DNA of 64,000 bases from Candidatus Sericytochromatia bacterium (lineage in GTDB: Bacteria; Cyanobacteriota; Sericytochromatia; S15B-MN24; UBA4093). Below the pieces are notes generated by a model. The model saw only the letters and a list, made by a program, of their open reading frames with translations, ran no database searches and had not been told where the DNA came from. The stretch covers positions 64,001 to 128,000 of the forward strand of contig JAKFBU010000056.1 in assembly GCA_036676985.1 (NCBI GenBank), read 5' to 3'. The position numbers and the translations under genes were made by a program. Positions 9,193-21,174 of this stretch are shown one piece after another. Each line of letters begins with the position of its first letter. Within the stretch, counting starts at the first letter, position 1.

Positions 9193-10217
9193 GAGCGCAC
9201 TCCCTGGATGCTCGCCGCATCCTGCTTGGCGAGGGCGTCGGCCAGCTCCTCGACGGTGGTGGTCGCCGTGCCGAAGCGCCGGACGACGATGGAGGCCGCG
9301 AGGTTCGCGAGCAGCGTCGCCTCGACGGGCGAGGCCCCGCCCGCAAGTGCCAGCGTGAGCGTACCCACCACCGTGTCGCCCGCCCCCGTCACGTCGAAGA
9401 CCTCCGTGCGGTTGAAGGCGGGGATCTGGGTGACGGTGCCGTTGGCCTCGAAGATCGCGATGCCGTTCGCGCCCCGGGTGATGAGGACGTTCTGCGCGCC
9501 CGTCTCCGCCAGGAGGATGCGGCCGGCCTCCATGAGGGTGGCCTCGTCCGTGATGGCGAAGCCCACGTTGGCCTCGGCCTCGGGCTGGTTGGGCGTCACG
9601 GCCGCAACGCCGGGGAAGAGGCGCAGGTCGCACTGGGCGTCGACCGTCACGAGCTTGCCGTGGACCTTGGCCAGCTCGAGAATCTTGGCGATGACCCGCG
9701 GGGTGAAGAGCCCGTTGCCGTACTCGGAGACAAGGATGCCGTCCACCTGCGGGATCTTGGCCTCGAGGGCCGCGAAGACCTGGGCCTCGATCTCGGCGCT
9801 GATGGGCTCGCGGCTCTCGCGGTCCACGCGCACGATCTGCTGGGTGACCGACTGCTGGCTCGCGGCCGAGATGCGGGTCTTGGTGGTGGTGGGGCGACTC
9901 GGGTCGACGACCACGCCCGACGAGTCGATGCCCCGCTCGCTGAGGGACTTGGCGAGCGCCACGCCCGAGGGATCGTCGCCGAAGAGGCCGATCACCTGCA
10001 CCTGGGCGCCGAGGCTCGCCATGTTGGCCGCGGCGTTGGCCGCGCCGCCCGGCACCACGTCCGTGTGCTGGTGGTAGAGGACCAGGACCGGGGCCTCGCG
10101 CGAGATGCGGCCGACCTGTCCGGTCAGGAACTCGTCGGCGATGAGGTCGCCGACAACGAGCAACCGGGTCTGGGCGAAGCCCCGGGTCAAGCGGGATAGG
10201 GTTTGCGTGTCGAGCAT
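9189..10217 (-). CDS. rfaE1: D-glycero-beta-D-manno-heptose-7-phosphate kinase (PfkB family)
   Basis: [30 protein letters not shown] motifs. Confidence 0.92.
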   Translation of the reverse strand: MLDTQTLSRLTRGFAQTRLLVVGDLIADEFLTGQVGRISREAPVLVLYHQHTDVVPGGAANAAANMASLGAQVQVIGLFGDDPSGVALAKSLSERGIDSSGVVVDPSRPTTTKTRISAASQQSVTQQIVRVDRESREPISAEIEAQVFAALEAKIPQVDGILVSEYGNGLFTPRVIAKILELAKVHGKLVTVDAQCDLRLFPGVAAVTPNQPEAEANVGFAITDEATLMEAGRILLAETGAQNVLITRGANGIAIFEANGTVTQIPAFNRTEVFDVTGAGDTVVGTLTLALAGGASPVEATLLANLAASIVVRRFGTATTTVEELADALAKQDAASIQGVRS

Positions 10218-10250
10218 CGGGATGGTGGACTCCGAAAGGTAGGGGCTGAC

Positions 10251-11388
10251 TTATTCTTCCACGCCAACGGCAGTTTGCCACTGGCCGCTTGCCTTGGCGC
10301 GCAGGTAGGCCTCGATGTAGCCGTCCAGGTCACCGTCCATCACCGCCGCGATGTTTCCGACCTCGTGGCTCGTCCGGTGGTCCTTGACCATCTGGTACGG
10401 CTGGAAGACGTAGCTGCGGATCTGGTTGCCCCAGGCGGCCTCGCTGTAACCTCCGCGGATCTCCGCCAGGCGCTTGGCCTGCTCGGCGAGCATGCGCTCG
10501 TAGAGCTTGGCCGTCAGGATGCGCATGGCCGTCTCGCGATTCTGGTGCTGGCTGCGCTCGTTCTGGCAGGCGACCACGATGCCCGAGGGCAGGTGGGTGA
10601 TGCGCACGGCCGTCTCGACCTTGTTGACGTTCTGGCCGCCCGCGCCGCCCGACCGGAAGGTGTCGATCTTGAGCTCGGTGGGGTTGATCTCGACCTCGGT
10701 GGCCTGATCCGAGAGCTCGGGCGTCACGTCCACCGAGGCGAACGACGTCTGGCGCTTGGCGTTGGCGTTGAAGGGCGAGATGCGCACCATGCGGTGTACG
10801 CCCTTCTCGGCCGACATGCGGCCGTAGGCGTAGGGCCCCGTCATGATGATGGTGGCGCTCTTGATGCCCGCCTCTTCGCCCTCGGACATGTCGACGAGCT
10901 CGATCTTGTAGCCCTTGGACTCGGCCCAGCGGGTGTACATGCGCAGCAGCATCTGCGCCCAGTCCTGGGCGTCGGTGCCGCCCGCTCCGGCGTTGATGGA
11001 GACGATGGCGGGCGCCTGGTCGAACTCGCCGCCCAAAAGCTGCTCCATCTCCCAGTCGCCGAGCGTGCCGCGGATGCGCTCCAGACCCGCCTCGATCTCG
11101 GGCAGGACGGAGGTGTCCTGCTCCTCGAGCCCCATCTCGATGAGGACGTCGAGGTCCGAGCTGAGGCTCTCCCAGACGCGCAGGCGCTCGAGCTGGCTAC
11201 GCAGCAAGTTGAGCTGCTGCATGGTGGCCTGGGCGCGGTTGGCGTCCCCCCAGAACTCCGGCTGGGAGGCTTCCGCCTCCAGGGCGCCTAGGCGCCCTTC
11301 CAACCGGTCCGGGTCAAAGATGCCTCCTTGCTTCGGCAATGCGTCCCTTCAGCTCCTCGAGCTGGGTCCGACACTCTTGAAGCGTCAC
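10251..11388 (-). CDS. prfB: Peptide chain release factor 2 with programmed +1 frameshift
   Basis: GGQ and SPF motifs; GTG start at 11388 after AAGGAG; 24 codons end in AGGAGG-CAT-CTT-TGA-C, the canonical RF2 shift site (11313-11328). Confidence 0.96.
11313..11328 (-). other. prfB +1 ribosomal frameshift site (internal SD plus CTTTGAC)
   Basis: Minus strand reads AGGAGGCATCTTTGAC. Confidence 0.95.
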
Positions 11389-11401
11389 TTCGGACTCCTT
11401 T

Positions 11402-13999
<2,598 letters not shown>

Positions 14000-14122
14000 A
14001 GGGGGGTTTGCTACCTCTAGTCGTGGGGTGGGGGCCGCGGGGACTCCCTCGTTTCGGTCGCCCGGAAACGCGCTCATGAGGCGCGAGAATACCGGGCATC
14101 TGGTCATTTTTCCAGATATTCG

Positions 14123-14131
14123 AGTATATCA
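14123..14131 (-). promoter_or_regulatory. Extended -10 promoter candidate for secA
   Basis: Minus strand TGATATACT (TGn-TATAAT-like) about 125 nt upstream of secA. Confidence 0.5.
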
Positions 14132-14150
14132 CAACCCGACCGGAGGGCCG

Positions 14151-14180
14151 TTGACCCCTGTTCGGCGCGGGTGCTAGAAT
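14151..14180 (+). promoter_or_regulatory. Sigma70-type promoter for rpmE
   Basis: TTGACC-N18-TAGAAT with extended TG at 14172-14173. Confidence 0.65.
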
Positions 14181-14291
14181 AGCGCGATTGAAACTTTCGG
14201 CGAACGTGCCGGACCGTTGACGCCGAGCGGTCCTACAGGTTCGATGGTGTCCCTCGTCGGATACCGGTGCCTGACACCCAATGGAGAGACC

Positions 14292-14510
14292 ATGAAAGCT
14301 GACATCCATCCCCAGTACAACGAAGTGAACGTGACCTGCGTCTGCGGCAACACCTTCAAGACGGGCTCCACCAAGAAGGAGATCCGGACGGAAATCTGCT
14401 CGGCGTGCCACCCCTTCTTCACCGGCACCCAGAAGATCGTCGACACCGAGGGCCGCGTGGAGCGCTTCATGAAGAAGTACAACATGACGGCGAGCGGCAA
14501 GAAGGCGTAA
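14292..14510 (+). CDS. rpmE: 50S ribosomal protein L31 (zinc-binding type)
   Basis: [30 protein letters not shown]; GGAGA RBS. Confidence 0.97.
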   Translation: MKADIHPQYNEVNVTCVCGNTFKTGSTKKEIRTEICSACHPFFTGTQKIVDTEGRVERFMKKYNMTASGKKA

Positions 14511-14525
14511 GCCCCGAACGCTTGC

Positions 14526-14555
14526 GGCGGCTCCGATTCACGGGGCCGCCTTTTT
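14526..14555 (+). terminator. Intrinsic terminator after rpmE
   Basis: GGCGGCTCCG-attca-CGGGGCCGCC followed by TTTTT. Confidence 0.85.
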
Positions 14556-14588
14556 GTTGACCCGACCCCGTAAAGCGAGCCGCGATCC

Positions 14589-15497
14589 ATGAACGACCTG
14601 ACGCTGAAGTCCACCTCCCGCCCCGTCCCGGCCCAGGACGCCATCCTGCGTGGCGAGCCCATCCCGGTCCTCGACCACGGCTACCTGCGCTACGTGGAGC
14701 ACCTGGGCAGCGACCTGACGCCCCTCGAGGCCGCCCGCATGAGCACGGGCAACCCGACCGGCGTCGACGCCGCCAAGGACACGGCCACCCGCGACTTCCT
14801 GTGGCGCCATGCGCACGCCACCCCCTTCGAGATGGCCGTGCTGCAGATCGAGGTGCAGGTCCCCATCTTCGTCGCGCGCGAGTGGATGCGCCACCGCACC
14901 CAGTCCTTCAACGAGTTCTCGGGCCGCTACGCCGAGATGCCCGCCCTCTACTACCAGCCCTCTGCCGAGCGGGTCCAGGGCCAGTCCGAGACAAACAAGC
15001 AGGCCTCGTCCGACTCGCTCGACACGGGCGTCCGTGACTCTTTCCTCGCGTCCGTCGCCGAAGACCAGGCACTGGTCCGCGACCACTACGAGGGGTACCT
15101 GGAGGCGGGTGTCGCCCGCGAGCTCGCGCGCATCAACTTGCCCCTCTCGCAGTACACCCGCTTTAGGGCCCAGGCCAACCTCCGCAACTGGCTGCACTTC
15201 CTCAACCTGCGCATGGCCCCCAACGCCCAGTACGAGATCCGGGTCTACGCCCACGCGCTCGCGGACCTCATCCAGCTCATCTGGCCCGAGACCTGGGCCG
15301 TCTTCGCCGAGCACACGCTCGAAGGAGCGCAGCTGAGCCGCACCGAGCGCAACCTCGTCACCCGGCTGCTCGGGGAGGCCCTCGGCACCCAGGACCCGGC
15401 CGCTCTAGCTTCGGCCCTCGAGGCCAAGATCGGGTCGTCCCTCAACAAGAGCAAGACGCGGGAGTTCCTCGCCAAGCTCGGCCTGCCCTCCGCCTAG
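14589..15497 (+). CDS. thyX: FAD-dependent thymidylate synthase
   Basis: ThyX motif RHRTQSFNEFSGRY; HATPFE; ARELARINLP; AQYEIR. Confidence 0.95.
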   Translation: MNDLTLKSTSRPVPAQDAILRGEPIPVLDHGYLRYVEHLGSDLTPLEAARMSTGNPTGVDAAKDTATRDFLWRHAHATPFEMAVLQIEVQVPIFVAREWMRHRTQSFNEFSGRYAEMPALYYQPSAERVQGQSETNKQASSDSLDTGVRDSFLASVAEDQALVRDHYEGYLEAGVARELARINLPLSQYTRFRAQANLRNWLHFLNLRMAPNAQYEIRVYAHALADLIQLIWPETWAVFAEHTLEGAQLSRTERNLVTRLLGEALGTQDPAALASALEAKIGSSLNKSKTREFLAKLGLPSA

Positions 15498-15533
15498 CGC
15501 CAGCGGCTTTTCCGTTGTGAAAGGATCCCTTCC

Positions 15534-15911
15534 ATGTTCGGCATGCAGATCCCCGGCTTCATGCTCAAGCAGATGTACCGGCATGGCAGCCTCTGCAACC
15601 AACAGGACTGCTTCGAGTTCGGCGTCCACAACCCCTTCATGGATGCGACCATCGTGACGGTCAAGGAGCTGTCGGTGGGCGGCAAGACCTACGGCCTCGA
15701 GGAGCTGGAGTTCACGCAGGGAGGCGTCACGCAGCCCGGCAGCAGCGTCAGCGAGGACACGCCCGTCGCGTTCAGCAAGGGAGACGCCGTCGCCATCCGG
15801 GTCAAGGGCCACCACCTCGCCCCCGGCGAGCACACCCTTACGCTCGAGGTCCACACCGAGGAGTTCGGGACCATCCGGATCGAGGTCCAGGATTCGGTCG
15901 GCCCGGCGTGA
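15534..15911 (+). CDS. Hypothetical beta-rich protein
   Basis: AAGGA RBS, host-like codon usage; N-terminus IPGFMLKQMYRHGSLCN recalls a domain seen fused to some HMG-CoA reductases (from memory, unverified). Confidence 0.75.
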   Translation: MFGMQIPGFMLKQMYRHGSLCNQQDCFEFGVHNPFMDATIVTVKELSVGGKTYGLEELEFTQGGVTQPGSSVSEDTPVAFSKGDAVAIRVKGHHLAPGEHTLTLEVHTEEFGTIRIEVQDSVGPA

Positions 15912-15955
15912 GGCGAGGTAAAGCTTGGCAACCCTGCTAGGAGTCACGGGGGATT

Positions 15956-15964
15956 TGGTATAAT
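15956..15964 (+). promoter_or_regulatory. Extended -10 promoter candidate for HD-GYP/rsmE
   Basis: TGGTATAAT 40 nt upstream of the GTG start. Confidence 0.6.
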
Positions 15965-16004
15965 TCCCCTGGTTGACCGCCGCATGCCGACCTGAGGACG
16001 CTGC

Positions 16005-17294
16005 GTGAGCGAACGGAAAGTCCTGCCAAACGACCTCGCGCCCGGCATGGTGCTTGCCGAGCCCATTTGCCATCCCTACACGCGGCAGGTCATCTGGACG
16101 AGCGGCACCAAGCTCACCATGCAGCACATCGCCCTGCTCCAGAAGATGGAGCTGCGAGCCATCCAGGTCATCGACCTGGTCGACAAGCCGTCCACCAAGC
16201 CCCTGCCTCAGGGCCCGGCCAAGCGCTCCCTCTCGTCGATCTTCGGTGCTCCGGCCGCCGATCCCGCGCCGAGCACGCCTGCCCCGACGCCCGCTCCCGC
16301 GCCGAACGCCGCTCCGGCCTTCCGCCTGACGCGCCCGGCCGCCCACGGAGCACCTGCGAGCGGCACGTCCCGTCCGGCCGCCGTGCAGCCCGGGGCTCCT
16401 GCCAGGCGCCCCTCCGCCTCGGGCACTCCCTTCAAGCCCCAGGTCATCCGCAACGAGGTGCTGGAGCGCAACGTCCAGACCATCAAGCACATCCAGGACC
16501 AGGTCAAGAACGCCACGCGCATCGACATCCGCGAGGTGGACCAGTCGGTCCAGCAGACCATCCACAAGATCGTCTCCAACAAGGAGCTGCTCAACAGCCT
16601 CATCGACCTGCGGGTCTACGACGAGTACACCTACTCGCACTCCTCCAACGTCATGAGCCTCGCCCTGGTGGTGGGAACGGCCATGGGCTACTCGCCCGAG
16701 ACCCTGCGCATGCTGGGCATCGGGGCCTTGCTGCACGACGTGGGCAAGTCCCTGGTGCCCGAGTCCATCCTCCACAAGCCGGGCAAGCTGACCGAGGAGG
16801 AGTTCAACATCATGGCCACCCACCCGGCCAACGGCATCATGCTGCTGTCCGGCTACAGCTGGGCCAACGCCGAGATCAAGAACATCGTCTTCCAGCACCA
16901 CGAGAAGTGGGATGGCTCGGGCTACCCCATGAAGCTCTCGGGGACGGCCATCTCGGAGTTCGCGCGCATCGTGTCGGTGGTGGACGTGTACGACGCCCTC
17001 ATTTCGACCCGGCCCTACAAGAAGGGCCTGCCGCCGAACGTGGTCTACCAGGCCATCATCAACGGGGCGAACAACCACTTCGACCCGCGCGTGGTGCAGG
17101 CCTTCGTCAAGTTCATCGTGCCCTACCCGGTCAACTCGCTGGTCGAGCTCAACACGGGCCAGATCGCCCGCATCGTGCGCGTCTCGCGCCAGAACCTCAT
17201 GCGCCCGATCATCGAGCTCGAAGGCAGCATGATCGACCTCTCGCGCGACGAGCGCTTCTCGATCGTGACCATGTACCAACCCGCCACCGCCTAG
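16005..17294 (+). CDS. HD-GYP domain cyclic-dinucleotide phosphodiesterase
   Basis: YTYSHSSNV, LLHDVGK, HHEKWDGSGYP, DVYDALISTRPYK; Pro/Ala-rich insert after the N-terminal domain. Confidence 0.92.
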   Translation: MSERKVLPNDLAPGMVLAEPICHPYTRQVIWTSGTKLTMQHIALLQKMELRAIQVIDLVDKPSTKPLPQGPAKRSLSSIFGAPAADPAPSTPAPTPAPAPNAAPAFRLTRPAAHGAPASGTSRPAAVQPGAPARRPSASGTPFKPQVIRNEVLERNVQTIKHIQDQVKNATRIDIREVDQSVQQTIHKIVSNKELLNSLIDLRVYDEYTYSHSSNVMSLALVVGTAMGYSPETLRMLGIGALLHDVGKSLVPESILHKPGKLTEEEFNIMATHPANGIMLLSGYSWANAEIKNIVFQHHEKWDGSGYPMKLSGTAISEFARIVSVVDVYDALISTRPYKKGLPPNVVYQAIINGANNHFDPRVVQAFVKFIVPYPVNSLVELNTGQIARIVRVSRQNLMRPIIELEGSMIDLSRDERFSIVTMYQPATA

Positions 17295-18035
17295 ATGGAC
17301 CTGCCCCGCTTCTTTTTGCCCCCCGACCAGATCCGCGCGCCCGAAGTCCTGCTCAAGGAGGAGGACGCCAACCACGTCGCGCGCGTCCTGCGCATGCGCG
17401 AGGGGGACGCCATCTTCGTGCTCGACGGGCTAGGAACTCTGTTCACCGTGCGCCTGACGGCCGTGGACAAGCGCGAGACCCGGGGCGAGATCGTCTCCCA
17501 GGAGGCCGCCACGGGCGAGTTGCCCGTCCCTGTGACCCTGGTGCAGGGCATGCCCAAGGGCGAGAAGTTCGACTGGATTCTTCAGAAGGCCACGGAGCTC
17601 GGCGTCGCGCGCATCGTCCCGGTCATCACCGAGCGCTCGGTGGTGAGGCTCTCGGCGGATCGGAGCCAGGACAAGGTGCGACGGTGGCAGGCGATCGCCA
17701 AGGAAGCCGCCGAGCAGTGCGAGCGGGCCAAGGTGCCCGTGGTGGAGGCTCCGGTGGAACTCGGCGCCTGGCTCAAGGCGCCGGTGCCGGACGGCGTCGC
17801 GCGCCTCGCGTGCCTGGAGCGTCAAGGCGGCGTCCCGCTGGCGCGGGCGCTCGAGGGCGAGCCCGCGCAGGGTTACGAGATCGTGGTGGGCCCGGAAGGG
17901 GGCTTCAGTCCGGCCGAGGTCGAGCGGCTGGTCGCGTCGGGGGCGCGCAACGTCTCGCTGGGCGGTCGCATCCTCCGCTCGGAGACGGCCAGCCTCGCAG
18001 CGCTCGCCGTGATGGCGAGTATTTTGGAACGCTGA
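17295..18035 (+). CDS. rsmE: 16S rRNA m3U1498 methyltransferase
   Basis: HVARVLR, QKATELGV, EAAEQCER, GPEGGFS, LGGRILRSETA. Confidence 0.96.
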   Translation: MDLPRFFLPPDQIRAPEVLLKEEDANHVARVLRMREGDAIFVLDGLGTLFTVRLTAVDKRETRGEIVSQEAATGELPVPVTLVQGMPKGEKFDWILQKATELGVARIVPVITERSVVRLSADRSQDKVRRWQAIAKEAAEQCERAKVPVVEAPVELGAWLKAPVPDGVARLACLERQGGVPLARALEGEPAQGYEIVVGPEGGFSPAEVERLVASGARNVSLGGRILRSETASLAALAVMASILER

Positions 18036-18046
18036 AGAGCGAAAGT

Positions 18047-18072
18047 TGGGACAGGCGCAGAGGCCTGTCCCA
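18047..18072. terminator. Hairpin between convergent rsmE and TPR genes
   Basis: TGGGACAGGC-gcagag-GCCTGTCCCA. Confidence 0.55.
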
Positions 18073-18108
18073 CTGGAGAGAGCCGCCGCAAACTTTGAAT
18101 CTCAGTGA

Positions 18109-19530
18109 TTAGCGCTTAGGCCCCGGCCTGGTACCCGGCTTGGCGCCCGGCTTCGCCGGCGGCTTGGCCGCGGGTTTCGCGGGCGGGGCCTCGGGCGCCT
18201 CGGCCGCCGTCTGGGCCGTGCGCTCCTGCGCGCGCTTGGCGATGAGGTCTGCGACCGTCTCACCACCACCGCTGTACGTGGGCTCCGGCTTCTTCGTCTT
18301 CGTCATCCAGGACGAGAACACGCCCGCCGCCGAGTTCAACAGGCCATCGAGTGAAAAGCCGCTCTTCGGCTTCTCCTCCTCATAGACAGGCCGCGGCGTC
18401 GGGGCGCGGAGGGGCTGGGTCGGGGCCGGCTGGCGTGAGGCCAGGCTCAACGTCCCCGCGGCATGCGTCGTCAGAGGAGCGGTGGGCATGGAGCTGTTGG
18501 AGCGCTGCGGGATGGCACTCCGGTCGATCTGCTGCGGCGGCACGAAGTCGCGCGGCAGTTCGGCCGCCGACACCGTGGGCTTGGCGGTGGCGGCAGGCTT
18601 GACCCCCTTGGCCCCCTTCTTCTTCGCGGCTGGAGGCTCGGGCGGCGGAGCGGCGGCTCCCAGCTTCGCGAGCGAATCCGTCGCCATCTGCTGGTACTTG
18701 GGGAAGCGCACGGCCTCGGTCCAGAAGCGCCTCGCCCGGTCGACGTCTCCGATGCGCTCGGCGAGGCGCGCGCCCGCCACGTAGGACATCTCGTGGTCCG
18801 GGTCCAGCGTGATGACGGCCTCGAACGCCTTGAGCGCCTGCTCGAAGTCCTTGAGGTTCGCGAACGCCCGGCCCAGCCCCTCGTAGATCTCGAGGGTCGG
18901 CTCGCTCAATTGCAGCACGCGGCAGTACTCGTAGGCCGCCTGCCGGAAGTCGTTGAGGCGCAGGGCGCAGTGACCCAGCAGCAGGTGGACGGGCGCGAAG
19001 TCCTCCTTCTGCTGGACGATCATGAACGCCTGCGAGGTGGCCCGCTGCAAATCGCCCAGGTCGTAGGCGGCCTGGGCGAGCTGGAAGCGGGCGGCGATCG
19101 CCTTGGGATCGTTGCGCAACGCCAGGTTGAAGGCGAGGATGGCGCCGTCCAGGTTGCCCGCGTTCCGCCGCATGGTCCCGAGCAGGATGTAGGCGTCGGT
19201 GATCTTGGTGTCTTGCGCGACCGCGGCCTCCAGGCGCTCCTCGGCCGTGACGAAGTCGCCCGCGTAGTAGTGGCACTCGCCCAGGAAGTACTCCGTCAGG
19301 GGCGAGGGCGACATCTTGTTGGAGAGTGAGAGGGCCTCCTGGGCCATCTCGTAGTTGGCCTTACGGGTGTGGCAGCGACCGATGACGGCAAGGGCCTGAG
19401 CGAAGACCGCCGGATCGTCGTTGGCGACCTGGCTCAGGACCTCGATGGCCTGATCGTACTGTTGGGCCTTGTAATGCTCCTGGCCAGCCCTGACGAGCTC
19501 GCGGCTATTGGGCAACGGGGCGGTGGCCAT
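18109..19530 (-). CDS. Tetratricopeptide repeat protein with disordered Pro/Ala/Lys-rich tail
   Basis: About 8 TPR-like units in the N-terminal ~290 aa; paralog of 19538-21034. Confidence 0.85.
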   Translation of the reverse strand: MATAPLPNSRELVRAGQEHYKAQQYDQAIEVLSQVANDDPAVFAQALAVIGRCHTRKANYEMAQEALSLSNKMSPSPLTEYFLGECHYYAGDFVTAEERLEAAVAQDTKITDAYILLGTMRRNAGNLDGAILAFNLALRNDPKAIAARFQLAQAAYDLGDLQRATSQAFMIVQQKEDFAPVHLLLGHCALRLNDFRQAAYEYCRVLQLSEPTLEIYEGLGRAFANLKDFEQALKAFEAVITLDPDHEMSYVAGARLAERIGDVDRARRFWTEAVRFPKYQQMATDSLAKLGAAAPPPEPPAAKKKGAKGVKPAATAKPTVSAAELPRDFVPPQQIDRSAIPQRSNSSMPTAPLTTHAAGTLSLASRQPAPTQPLRAPTPRPVYEEEKPKSGFSLDGLLNSAAGVFSSWMTKTKKPEPTYSGGGETVADLIAKRAQERTAQTAAEAPEAPPAKPAAKPPAKPGAKPGTRPGPKR

Positions 19531-19537
19531 CCGTCAC

Positions 19538-21034
19538 CTACGACTTCGGCTTCGGACGGTTCGGCAGCTGGCCGGTACCGCCGGCTCCGCCCGTCGGAGG
19601 ACGCTTGAGCGCTCCGGTGGCCGGAGGTGCTGGCTTGGCGGGCGCCGGGGGCTCCGCGGCGTCGCGCTTGACCTTGGAGATGAGCCCGCTCTTGAGCTTG
19701 TCGACCATGCCCGCGGCCGAGTCCCCCTTGAAGCGGTTGACGTTGTCCGTTAGGTTGCCCGTCACCTTGTTCATGTTGTCCGAGAGGTTGCCGGTGACGC
19801 GGTTGACCTTGTTGAGCATGGTGTTGGCGAGCTGGCCCATGGCCTTCTTGTCGAAGCTGCCCTTGAGGGGCGTCTTGTCGAGAAACTTCTCGAGGCCGTC
19901 GAGGACGTTGTCGAGGGGCGTGGTGGGGCTCGCGACCGGGCGCGGCGGAGTGGGCGCCTGCGGGCGCACCGGAGCCGTCGGCTTCTCGCCGATGAGGCGG
20001 CCGGTGGTGCGGGTCGGCGCCGTGGTCGGCAACCCCGCACGGTCGATGGACTTGGGAGGCTGGAAGCGCACGGCCGGGCCCTTGGGCTTTGCCGCGGCAG
20101 CAGGCGCTTCTGCCTTGCCCTTGGCGCCCTTCTTGGGCTTCTTGGCCGCAGCAGGCGGAGGCGGGGCGTCCGCCGGCAGGCCGAGGCGGGTCAGGGCCTC
20201 GACGGCCATGTCCTTCGAGCCCTCGAAGCGCAAGAGCTTGCGGAAGAAGTCGCCGGCCTTCTGGGTGTCGCCCATGCGCTCGGCCAGGCGAGCGGCGGCC
20301 GAGCAAGCCATCTCGTTGTCCGGCTCCAGCTCGAAGGCGGCCTCGAAGGCCGACACGGCCTGCGGGTAGTCCTGCAGGTGAGCGAAGGCGCGGCCCAGGG
20401 ACATGTAGACCGTGGCGTCGGGGCCCGAGAGCTCGAGCACCCGGCAGAATTCGACGGCGGCCTGGCGATAGTCGCCGAGCTTCAGCGTGATGTTCGCCAT
20501 CAAGAGGTGGGCAGGCACGAAGTCGTCCGCATGCTGCAGCACGTGGTGGGCCTGGGTGGCCGCCCGCTGCATGTCGCCCAGCTCGTAGGTGACCTGCGCG
20601 ATCTGGAACCGGGCCACGACCGCCTTGGGGTCGTTCTTGACCGCCCGATCGAAGCAGGGGAGGGCATCCTTGGGGCGACCCTGCTCCTTGCGGACCACGC
20701 CCAGCATGATCCAGGCGTCCGTGAGGGTCTCGTCAGCGGAGGTGGCGGCCTCCAGGCACTGCTCGGCACCGGGGCGATCGCCCGACTGGTACAGGCACTC
20801 GCCCAGGTGGAACAGCGTCCGCGCGTGCTTGCGGACGTTGTAGGACTCCTCGAGGCAGATGCGGGCCTGGTCGAACTGCTTCTTGCGGAGATAGCAGCGG
20901 CCCATCAGGAGGAGGGCCTGGCCGTAGATCTGGGGATCGTCGGCGCTGACCGTGCCCAAGACGGCGATCGCCCTGTCGACGTCGCCGGCGTTGAATGCGG
21001 CGTTACCCGCTCCTAGGAGTTCCTGGTTGGTCAT
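19538..21034 (-). CDS. Tetratricopeptide repeat protein with disordered tail (tandem paralog)
   Basis: Shares NDPKA..ARFQ.AQ..Y.LGD.QRA..QA and DF.P.HLL with the neighbour; GAGG RBS. Confidence 0.85.
   Translation of the reverse strand: MTNQELLGAGNAAFNAGDVDRAIAVLGTVSADDPQIYGQALLLMGRCYLRKKQFDQARICLEESYNVRKHARTLFHLGECLYQSGDRPGAEQCLEAATSADETLTDAWIMLGVVRKEQGRPKDALPCFDRAVKNDPKAVVARFQIAQVTYELGDMQRAATQAHHVLQHADDFVPAHLLMANITLKLGDYRQAAVEFCRVLELSGPDATVYMSLGRAFAHLQDYPQAVSAFEAAFELEPDNEMACSAAARLAERMGDTQKAGDFFRKLLRFEGSKDMAVEALTRLGLPADAPPPPAAAKKPKKGAKGKAEAPAAAAKPKGPAVRFQPPKSIDRAGLPTTAPTRTTGRLIGEKPTAPVRPQAPTPPRPVASPTTPLDNVLDGLEKFLDKTPLKGSFDKKAMGQLANTMLNKVNRVTGNLSDNMNKVTGNLTDNVNRFKGDSAAGMVDKLKSGLISKVKRDAAEPPAPAKPAPPATGALKRPPTGGAGGTGQLPNRPKPKS
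19742..19807 (-). repeat. Imperfect 33-bp tandem repeat (11-aa unit N[RK]VTGNL[ST]DN[MV])
   Basis: GTTGTCCG..AGGTTGCC.GT at 19742 and 19775. Confidence 0.75.
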
Positions 21035-21174
21035 CCTCTACCCGTGAAGCTCGAAGGTCAGGACGGAAGAAGCCAGGTTCCGCCCCACGGCCGCCCGGCC
21101 GCACGTGAAAGTTATACCCCGCCCGACGGACGACCAATCGAGCAGAAAGCGGATGCGGTCCGAGGCCGCTCGGG

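Noticed and set aside
8710-10281. 523-aa ORF as a fused bifunctional HldE
   Set aside because: The kinase is in a different frame (9189-10217); only the last 160 aa are real, so rfaE1 and rfaE2 are split genes with a 4-nt overlap.
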